Virus record (IMG/VR): IMGVR_UViG_2199352004_000009 | Direction: 5' to 3' (one strand) | Source: an uncultured virus (IMG/VR IMGVR_UViG_2199352004_000009) | Taxonomy: Duplodnaviria > Heunggongvirae > Uroviricota > Caudoviricetes | DNA: 63,313 nt | Shown: piece after piece, positions 56,516 to 63,313 of the stretch | How the letters are laid out: the number at the start of each line of letters is the position of its first letter | How positions within the stretch are numbered: the stretch's first letter is position 1 | Notes under the pieces: generated by a model | Databases searched by the model: none | The model's input: the letters and a program-made list of their open reading frames with translations, nothing else | What the model was told of the DNA's origin: nothing | Position numbers and translations under genes: made by a program

Positions 56516-57108
56516 TGTGGGCTCTTGAATGGATACCCTTTTGGATATTTCATGTGCTGCTTATTAGCGGCATTTTAGGTCTCATCTTTGCCTTTGTTTT
56601 AAGTTTTATACCATTTATATCAAAATACAAGCTGCCTATTCAAGTAGGCTCTTTATTGTTAATAGTTTTTGGAACCTTTATGGAAGGAGCCATTTCCAAT
56701 CAGGAAGCATGGCTTGTAAAAGTTGCCGACCTTAAAGTTAAAGTTGCTCAGGTAGAAACTAAATCTGCTGAGAAGACAACAGAGGTCGTAACTAAATATG
56801 TTACAAAGGTTCAAGTCGTTAAGGAGAAGGGTGATGTCATTATTAAAGAAGTACCAAAGTATATTACCAAAGAGTCTGATGCTAAGTGTACTTTGCCTAA
56901 CTCTTATATCGTGCTCCACGACAGTGCCAGTAAAAATGAAGTTCCCGACCCCACCAGAGTTGCTGATGAAACCGCCTCAAGAGTTAAACTCTCTACCGCA
57001 ACAGAAACCGTAGTTGGAAACTATTCAATATGCCACCAAAATGCCGAACAGTTAAGAGCACTGCAAGAGTGGGTTAAAGAACAGGAAAAACTGTTCAATA
57101 AAAACTAG
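56515..57108 (+). CDS. i-spanin (Rz-like)
   Basis: N-terminal TM segments, coiled coil, C.LP...LHD...NY..CHQNAEQL.ALQ.W. Confidence 0.8.
   Translation: MWALEWIPFWIFHVLLISGILGLIFAFVLSFIPFISKYKLPIQVGSLLLIVFGTFMEGAISNQEAWLVKVADLKVKVAQVETKSAEKTTEVVTKYVTKVQVVKEKGDVIIKEVPKYITKESDAKCTLPNSYIVLHDSASKNEVPDPTRVADETASRVKLSTATETVVGNYSICHQNAEQLRALQEWVKEQEKLFNKN
56834..57013 (+). CDS. o-spanin (Rz1-like lipoprotein) embedded in the i-spanin gene
   Basis: AAGGAG RBS 7 nt upstream, LISC lipobox, Pro-rich mature peptide, +1 frame. Confidence 0.78.
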   Translation: MSLLKKYQSILPKSLMLSVLCLTLISCSTTVPVKMKFPTPPELLMKPPQELNSLPQQKP

Positions 57109-57121
57109 CAGGAATACACAG

Positions 57122-57475
57122 ATGGAACTAGAGAGAATAGCTAAATTGGAAGCACAAGTAGAAGGTATCAAAGATGATGTCAAAGACCTCAAGGCTGATG
57201 TGAAAGAAGTTCACTCTAGAATCACTACAGGCAATAGGGAAATCATTGATAAGATGGACGATATGCAAACACGTATCGAACATAAGATGCAAGCTAATGC
57301 TCAAATATCACAAGATCAACATGTTACTATTTCTAAACAGGTTGGTACTGACCTCGATAAACTAAAAAGTAGAGTGTCAGATCTTGAAAAGTGGAAGTGG
57401 TATGTTATTGGCGCTGCAGCTGCCCTTGGTTTTATTCTTGGACACATTGGTGAAATTGCAAAGTATTTAAAATAA
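57122..57475 (+). CDS. Coiled-coil protein with C-terminal TM (possibly lysis-related)
   Basis: Heptad repeats then WKWYVIGAAAALGFIL; next to spanins. Confidence 0.7.
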   Translation: MELERIAKLEAQVEGIKDDVKDLKADVKEVHSRITTGNREIIDKMDDMQTRIEHKMQANAQISQDQHVTISKQVGTDLDKLKSRVSDLEKWKWYVIGAAAALGFILGHIGEIAKYLK

Positions 57476-57477
57476 AC

Positions 57478-57506
57478 TTGCTTTTTGTCCTCATTTAGGG
57501 TATAAT
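57478..57506 (+). promoter_or_regulatory. Promoter for the primase-thyX-nrd operon
   Basis: TTGCTT-17-TATAAT. Confidence 0.7.
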
Positions 57507-57527
57507 AGATACTCTACATGAGGACAT

Positions 57528-58547
57528 ATGCTTTACATTGACACAAAATTTGCAGGTTATGTTGGCACAAGGCTGCGTAACTTTAAGAAAAAGAAAGATT
57601 ATCTTTGGAACTACTCTTGCCCAGTTTGTGGTGATAGTTCCAAAAATAAGATCAAGGCACGTGGATATATCTATAGGGCAAAAGCTGATCTTTTTTGCAA
57701 GTGCCACAACTGCGGTTATAGCACAAATCTTGGTAATCTTATCAAGTATGTAGACACAAAACTTTATGATGAATATGTACTGGAACGCTACAAAGCTGGC
57801 GCATCTAAGTATAGTGATCACAAAGAGGTTGAACCCTTACTCCCAAAGACAGAATCAATTCTACTAGAAGATGACATCTTAAGTCCTGTGAAGCGACTTG
57901 ATCTTCTAGATGAAACTCATCCTGCAGTTCAATACGTTATTAGTCGAAAGATACCCAAGCAACATTGGAATCTTTTGTATTTTGCTCCTAAATTCAAAAA
58001 GTTTGTTAACTCTGTCAATCCAAAGTTTCAAGAACCTATTGTTGACGAACATCCACGCATGATTATACCCATGTTTACTCCAGCTGGAAAGTGTTTTGCT
58101 TTTCAAGGTAGAGCATACGGAGATGAAGAGCCTAAGTATTATACTATTAAGGTAGATGAGACTCAAGAAAAGATATTTGGTTTAGAACGTGTAGATTATA
58201 GCAAAAGAATTTACATCGTTGAAGGACCGATTGATTCTCTCTTTCTACCAAACTCACTGGCTGTATCTGGCGCAAGTTTTGATACTCCAACTATTCGTCA
58301 ATTGCTGACGAATGCCACCATTGTCATGGACAATGAACCAAGAAATAAAGAAATTGTAAAACAAATGGGTAAGTACATTGAAGCTGGCTTCAGCGTTTGT
58401 ATGTATCCCGATAGTGTTGTGGAAAAAGATATTAATGATATGATACTTTCTGGTAGGTCTCAAAGAGAAATTATAGAACTAATAAATACGAATACCTTTA
58501 CTGGTATGGAAGCAACTCTGCGATATTCAACATGGAGAAAAGTATGA
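57528..58547 (+). CDS. gp61: DNA primase
   Basis: CPVCGDS...CHNCG Zn finger, FQGR, IVEGPIDSLF, DNEPRN, KDINDM. Confidence 0.96.
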   Translation: MLYIDTKFAGYVGTRLRNFKKKKDYLWNYSCPVCGDSSKNKIKARGYIYRAKADLFCKCHNCGYSTNLGNLIKYVDTKLYDEYVLERYKAGASKYSDHKEVEPLLPKTESILLEDDILSPVKRLDLLDETHPAVQYVISRKIPKQHWNLLYFAPKFKKFVNSVNPKFQEPIVDEHPRMIIPMFTPAGKCFAFQGRAYGDEEPKYYTIKVDETQEKIFGLERVDYSKRIYIVEGPIDSLFLPNSLAVSGASFDTPTIRQLLTNATIVMDNEPRNKEIVKQMGKYIEAGFSVCMYPDSVVEKDINDMILSGRSQREIIELINTNTFTGMEATLRYSTWRKV

Positions 58548-59227
58548 AAGTTAGGATGATTAGTTATAGTAAACCCTCTCGTGAGATGTATGACGAAGGG
58601 TTGATGGATGTGCAAGAGTTAATTGCTTTCTGTGCTCGTGTATCGAATCCAAGCAATCAGTTTAATACTGAGACCTCGGAAAAGCTCATCAAGTATTTGA
58701 TAAATAACCAACACTGGTCACCACTAGAAATGGTAAGTGCATGCCTTGAGATTGAAACAACTCGAGACATTGCTCGCCAAATTCTACGTCATCGTTCTTT
58801 TGCATTCCAAGAATTCTCACAGCGTTACGCAGATCCAACTAAGGATCTACATTTTGAAGTACGTGAGGCGAGATTCCAAGATACAAAGAATCGTCAAAAC
58901 AGTGTTGAGATTGATAATACTGATGACGCCCAAAGGTTGCTTGCTATTGAATGGGAACGTGCACAGAAACGTGTAATCTATGCTGCTGAAAGAGAGTACA
59001 AATGGGCAATTGCCAATGGCATTGCTAAAGAACAAGCTCGTGCTGTATTGCCAGAAGGTTTGACTGCATCACGTATGTATATGAATGGTACTCTACGTTC
59101 TTGGATCCACTTTATTCAGGTTCGCTCTGGTAATGGCACACAAAAGGAAAACATTTTAATTGCACGTGAGTGCGCAAAAGTAATCTCGGAGATCTTCCCA
59201 ATGGTTGAAGGTCTAGTATCAAAATAA
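58544..59227 (+). CDS. thyX: Flavin-dependent thymidylate synthase
   Basis: HWSPLE, RHRSFAFQEFSQRY signature, EQARAVLP, NGTLRSW. Confidence 0.96.
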   Translation: MKVRMISYSKPSREMYDEGLMDVQELIAFCARVSNPSNQFNTETSEKLIKYLINNQHWSPLEMVSACLEIETTRDIARQILRHRSFAFQEFSQRYADPTKDLHFEVREARFQDTKNRQNSVEIDNTDDAQRLLAIEWERAQKRVIYAAEREYKWAIANGIAKEQARAVLPEGLTASRMYMNGTLRSWIHFIQVRSGNGTQKENILIARECAKVISEIFPMVEGLVSK

Positions 59228-59243
59228 TAAAAAGGTAATACGT

Positions 59244-61061
59244 ATGACAGATGTTGTTCATGGGATTAATGTAGACTATAGTAGGGATAGTCTGTTTGAT
59301 GAGTTGGGTAAGATTAGACTAAAAGAAAGTTACATGAGAGATGGAGAAGTATCTCCGCAAGAAAGGTTTGCGTATGTTTCAAAAGCATTCGGAAGTAATC
59401 CTGAACACGCTCAGCGCCTTTACGATTACTCCTCTAATCATTGGCTTAGTTATAGTACTCCAATTCTTTCTTTTGGTCGTAGTAAGCGTGGTTTACCCAT
59501 TTCTTGCTTTCTTAACTATATTGAAGACACAGCGGAGGGACTAGTTGATAACCTTTCTGAAACTAATTGGCTTAGCATGCTTGGTGGCGGTGTCGGTATT
59601 GGGTTCGGTATCCGCAGTGCTGACGACAAATCAACAGGAGTCATGCCGCACCTTAAGATGTATGATGCGTCAAGCCTCGCCTACCGTCAAGGTAGGACTC
59701 GTCGCGGTAGTTACGCTGCATATCTTGATATATCTCATCCTGATATCATTAATTTTCTAGAGATGCGCAAACCTACTGGTGATCAGAACATGCGTACCTT
59801 AAACATGCACCATGGCATTAACATTCCTGATGCATTTATGCAGTTGATTGAGAATGCAATGTTGGATCCAGAAGCAGATGATTCGTGGCAGTTAGTAGAT
59901 CCTGCATCAAATGAAATTCGTGAAACTGTTTCTGCTAAAGAACTGTGGCAACGTATTCTTGAAATGCGTATGATGACTGGTGAGCCATACCTACACTTTA
60001 TTGATGAATCAAATCGTAAACTACCTCAACACTTGAAAGATCTTGGTCTAAAGGTTCACCAATCAAATCTTTGTTCTGAAATTATTTTACCAACGAATGA
60101 AAAGCGCACTGCAGTTTGCTGCTTGTCATCTCTAAATTTAGAGTATTATGATAACTGGAAAACCCATCCTACTTTCCTTGCTGATATTGCAGAAATGCTT
60201 GACAATGTTCTTCAGTATTTTATTGATCATGCGCCTTCCACAATCAAACGTGCAAAATATTCCGCAATGCGTGAGCGAAGCATCGGCATCGGTGCGCTGG
60301 GTTGGCATGCCTACCTGCAAAAGAGTAACCTCCCATGGGAATCTTCACTAGCAGTAGGTAAGAATAAACAAATCTTTAAAACTATTAGAGAGAAATTGGA
60401 TGAAGCGAATAAGAAATTGGGATTGGAAAGAGGTGAAGCACCTGATGCTGTGGGTACTGGGAATCGTTTTAGTCATCTTATGGCTATTGCTCCCAATGCT
60501 TCTTCTTCCATTCTCATGGGCAATACTAGTCCTAGTATTGAACCTTATCGTGCCAATGCTTATCGCCAAGACACTCTATCGGGTTCTCACCTAAATAAGA
60601 ATCGTTTTCTTGATAAGGTTATCATGACTCACTTGTCTCCTGATGGTTCTCCATTAACACCAAAGGGTGACGATGAGTATCAACAAATCTGGAGTAGTAT
60701 TATTGCCAATGATGGATCTGTTCAACATATTGATTGGATGGATGATTGGACTAAAGATGTGTATAAAACATCAATGGAAATTGACCAACGTTGGGTTGTA
60801 CAACATGCATCTGATCGTCAAGAGTACATTGATCAAGCGCAATCGTTGAACGTATTCTTCCGTCCAGATAGTCATATCAAATATATCCATGCTGTGCATT
60901 TTCAAGCATGGAAGCAGGGTTTGAAGACTATGTACTACTGTCGTTCTGATAAGATCGCAAAAGCAGACAAAGTGTCTAAACGAATTGAACGAGAAGTTAT
61001 TAAAGAGATCGATCTTCAAGCATTAGCTGAAGGTAATGAATGTTTAGCATGTGAAGGTTGA
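59244..61061 (+). CDS. nrdA: Ribonucleotide reductase class Ia alpha subunit (short, no ATP cone)
   Basis: PISCF, SNLCSEI, VCCLSS, APNASS, DQAQS, K.MYY, C-term CLACEG. Confidence 0.95.
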   Translation: MTDVVHGINVDYSRDSLFDELGKIRLKESYMRDGEVSPQERFAYVSKAFGSNPEHAQRLYDYSSNHWLSYSTPILSFGRSKRGLPISCFLNYIEDTAEGLVDNLSETNWLSMLGGGVGIGFGIRSADDKSTGVMPHLKMYDASSLAYRQGRTRRGSYAAYLDISHPDIINFLEMRKPTGDQNMRTLNMHHGINIPDAFMQLIENAMLDPEADDSWQLVDPASNEIRETVSAKELWQRILEMRMMTGEPYLHFIDESNRKLPQHLKDLGLKVHQSNLCSEIILPTNEKRTAVCCLSSLNLEYYDNWKTHPTFLADIAEMLDNVLQYFIDHAPSTIKRAKYSAMRERSIGIGALGWHAYLQKSNLPWESSLAVGKNKQIFKTIREKLDEANKKLGLERGEAPDAVGTGNRFSHLMAIAPNASSSILMGNTSPSIEPYRANAYRQDTLSGSHLNKNRFLDKVIMTHLSPDGSPLTPKGDDEYQQIWSSIIANDGSVQHIDWMDDWTKDVYKTSMEIDQRWVVQHASDRQEYIDQAQSLNVFFRPDSHIKYIHAVHFQAWKQGLKTMYYCRSDKIAKADKVSKRIEREVIKEIDLQALAEGNECLACEG

Positions 61062-61063
61062 CC

Positions 61064-61258
61064 ATGGACGCATACGATATCGCTGATAAAATTAAAAAAT
61101 ATTGGGCAGCATTATATCCTAAAAATAGTGGTGAACTAATTAAACCACGATCTACTATTAGAGTATGCGTTTATATCCCAGAAGAAGGATTTAAGGATGT
61201 CGTTGGCGTCAGAATATTCGACGACTTTATAGAGTTAAAATTGGAAGAAGACAAATGA
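61064..61258 (+). CDS. Hypothetical protein between nrdA and nrdB
   Basis: Overlaps the nrdB start. Confidence 0.6.
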   Translation: MDAYDIADKIKKYWAALYPKNSGELIKPRSTIRVCVYIPEEGFKDVVGVRIFDDFIELKLEEDK

Positions 61259-62247
61259 TTAAAAAAATAGCAAGCAGACTTACAGACGAAAGAACGCACT
61301 TTAAGCCATTCAATTATCCATGGGCATATGACGCATGGCTAAAACACGAGCAAGCGCACTGGCTTCATACAGAAGTACCTATGGCTGAGGACGTTAAGCA
61401 ATGGAAAAAGAGTTTGACGCAACAGGAAAAGACATTCCTGACCAATATCTTTCGTTTCTTTACACAGGGTGACATTGACGTTGCTGGTGGATATGTTAAC
61501 AACTATCTGCCATATTTCCCACAGCCTGAGATTCGTATGATGTTGATGGGCTTTGCTGCACGTGAAGCACTACACATTGCTGCATATTCTCACTTAATTG
61601 AAACTTTGGGACTACCTGAAGTTACATACAGCCAGTTTATGGAATACCAAGAGATGAAAGACAAGCATGACTACGTGCTTGATATTTCTTCTAAGAATGG
61701 CACCATTGAATCTACTGCTACCCACATTGCGGTGTTCTCTGCATTCACTGAAGGTATGCAACTGTTTAGCTCATTCATTATGCTATTGAATTTCCCACGT
61801 CATGGTCTCATGAAGGGAATGGGTCAAATCGTAACGTGGTCGATAGTTGACGAAACTATGCACTCTGAGAACATGATGCGTCTATTCAAAGAGTATGTAA
61901 AAGAAAACCCAGAAATCTGGAATGACGAACTAAAGGGCAAGATATATACAATCGCTGAGAAGATGGTAGAACTTGAAGACAAGTTCATCGACTTAGCATT
62001 TGCTGAAGGTGATATGCGAGAACTAACTTCTGAAGAAGTTAAGAAATACATTCGCTACATTGCTGATCGAAGACTTATCGGTCTTGGTATGAAGGGTATC
62101 TTTAAAGTAAAGAGAAATCCATTACCATGGGTTGAAGAAATGATTAATGCACCAGTGCATGGTAACTTCTTTGAAAATAGAGTTACTGACTATGCAAAGG
62201 GTGCTCTATCTGGTACATGGAATGATGTTTGGGGGAAAGCAGCATGA
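61255..62247 (+). CDS. nrdB: Ribonucleotide reductase beta subunit
   Basis: FFTQGD, EALHIAAY, EGMQLFSSF, DETMH, NFFENRVTDY. Confidence 0.96.
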   Translation: MIKKIASRLTDERTHFKPFNYPWAYDAWLKHEQAHWLHTEVPMAEDVKQWKKSLTQQEKTFLTNIFRFFTQGDIDVAGGYVNNYLPYFPQPEIRMMLMGFAAREALHIAAYSHLIETLGLPEVTYSQFMEYQEMKDKHDYVLDISSKNGTIESTATHIAVFSAFTEGMQLFSSFIMLLNFPRHGLMKGMGQIVTWSIVDETMHSENMMRLFKEYVKENPEIWNDELKGKIYTIAEKMVELEDKFIDLAFAEGDMRELTSEEVKKYIRYIADRRLIGLGMKGIFKVKRNPLPWVEEMINAPVHGNFFENRVTDYAKGALSGTWNDVWGKAA

Positions 62248-62393
62248 CAACAAAGATTTTTGAATGCGAATCATGCGGAAATGCGGGTAAGATAGTGGTA
62301 AAGGGAACTGATGTTCAGTTACAAGACATTGTCTATTGCCCTGTATGCTCTGCTGATATCTACGAAGACGAGGAGTTCGACGAAGAAGAATAA
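62244..62393 (+). CDS. Small Zn-ribbon protein with acidic tail, 49 aa, not in ORF track
   Basis: MTTKIFECESCG...YCPVCSADIYEDEEFDEEE; ATGA overlap. Confidence 0.72.
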   Translation: MTTKIFECESCGNAGKIVVKGTDVQLQDIVYCPVCSADIYEDEEFDEEE

Positions 62394-62403
62394 ATAGTCC
62401 ACT

Positions 62404-62829
62404 ATGTGGACATTTAAAAACTCTATTGTTGAAAAGTTACCCGAAGACTGCGTTGGCTTTGTTTACTTAATTGTGAACAAAGCCAACAGTCGTATGTATA
62501 TCGGGAAGAAATTGGCGAAGTTTTCTAAAACTTCCACTAAGACTGTCACACTGAAAAACGGTACTAAAAAGAAGAAGAAAATAAAATCTAAAATAGATTC
62601 TGACTGGTTAGAATATTATGGTTCTAACATTGAACTGAATAAGGACGTAGAGACCCTTGGTGTTGATTCATTCACCAGAGAAATTCTCTTTTATTGTAAG
62701 TCCAAAGCTGAGTGTTCGTATGTCGAGGCAAGAGAGCAATTCTCTAGAAAAGTCCTTGAAAGTGATGAATACTACAACGGGCAAATATCATGCAGAATCC
62801 ACGGATCACACATTAAAGGTAAAATATGA
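62404..62829 (+). CDS. GIY-YIG family nuclease-like protein
   Basis: GFVYLI.N....MYIGKK, YYGS, F.REIL, YYN; AATAAATA box at 62389-62396. Confidence 0.82.
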   Translation: MWTFKNSIVEKLPEDCVGFVYLIVNKANSRMYIGKKLAKFSKTSTKTVTLKNGTKKKKKIKSKIDSDWLEYYGSNIELNKDVETLGVDSFTREILFYCKSKAECSYVEAREQFSRKVLESDEYYNGQISCRIHGSHIKGKI

Positions 62830-63313
62830 CCTATCTATTATTTGGGATAGCACTAACTCTATCTGCAGTTGCTGAATGGTACGCAATTGTAGGGCTTATG
62901 GCTATATTCGCAGCATCACCAATTTCTATTGCAGTGATGGGTGCACTCTTAGGTGTAGCTAAGCTAGTTATAGCTTCATGGATTTATAAGAACTGGAAAG
63001 AGATTCCACTACTATTGAAAAGTTACTTTGTAGTAGCTCTTACGATTCTTATGATGCTAACCTCAATGGGCATCTTTGGCTATCTATCCAAAGCACACTC
63101 GGATCAGAGTTTAGTTAGTGGCGATGTTCAGGCAAAGATTTCCGTATACGATGAAAAGATTAAGACCGCAAAGGATAATATAGATGTTAATCGCAAAGCA
63201 CTTAAACAGATGGATGAGGCAGTGGACCAAGTCATGGCTAGGTCAGCTGATGAAAAGGGTGCTGATAAAGCTGTATCTATCCGTCGTAGCCAGCAAGTCG
63301 AGCGGAAGCGATT
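62826..63313 (+). CDS. Membrane protein with coiled coil (3' truncated)
   Basis: MTYLLFGIALTLSAVAEWYAIVGL...TSMGIFGYLSKAH; open to window end. Confidence 0.78.
   Translation, partial: MTYLLFGIALTLSAVAEWYAIVGLMAIFAASPISIAVMGALLGVAKLVIASWIYKNWKEIPLLLKSYFVVALTILMMLTSMGIFGYLSKAHSDQSLVSGDVQAKISVYDEKIKTAKDNIDVNRKALKQMDEAVDQVMARSADEKGADKAVSIRRSQQVERKR

Noticed and set aside
683..62051. Many minus-strand ORFs in the track (e.g. 3903-4478, 7771-8262, 23738-24190, 36303-36797)
   Set aside because: All lie opposite well-supported + strand genes, lack recognisable motifs and look like codon-bias shadows
62404..62829. Mobile homing endonuclease
   Set aside because: Only the short GIY-YIG catalytic domain, with no DNA-binding extension or intron context; more likely a resident nuclease
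1..63313. Stop-codon reassignment, introns or inteins in core genes
   Set aside because: gp43, gp41, nrdA, nrdB, thyX and gp20-23 are uninterrupted and of normal length in the standard code; TAA, TGA and TAG all end genes

Overview
A 63 kb segment of a large T4-like myovirus genome (Straboviridae/Kyanoviridae-like gene order) with every credible gene on the + strand and the standard genetic code. Spanins and sigma70-type promoters point to a Gram-negative host. Order: gp17 (partial), gp18-gp23, gp3, uvsY/uvsW, gp55, gp47/46; an early region with repeated promoters (VWA-peptidase, MoxR/CobS ATPase, SPFH); gp45/44/62, regA, hsp20, ligase, dexA, gp43, uvsX, gp41; a six-gene DNA hypermodification locus; a late region of probable head-packaged proteins; spanins, primase, thyX, nrdA/B. 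The most notable feature is 38386-43331: TET/JBP-like dioxygenase, class II glutamine amidotransferase, amidoligase, GNAT, amino-acid:DNA transferase (aGPT-PPlase-like) and P-loop kinase. Three of these end in a motif resembling the gp45 clamp-binding tail of gp43, suggesting replication-coupled synthesis of an uncharacterised base. Other highlights are capsid-targeting-like N-termini on a ligase-fold protein, a HIGH nucleotidyltransferase and a modular polyprotein; an antisense promoter beside uvsW; a candidate structured RNA before hsp20; and an embedded o-spanin. Family assignments come from motif recognition and synteny, not database searches. No tRNA, rRNA or CRISPR array was seen.
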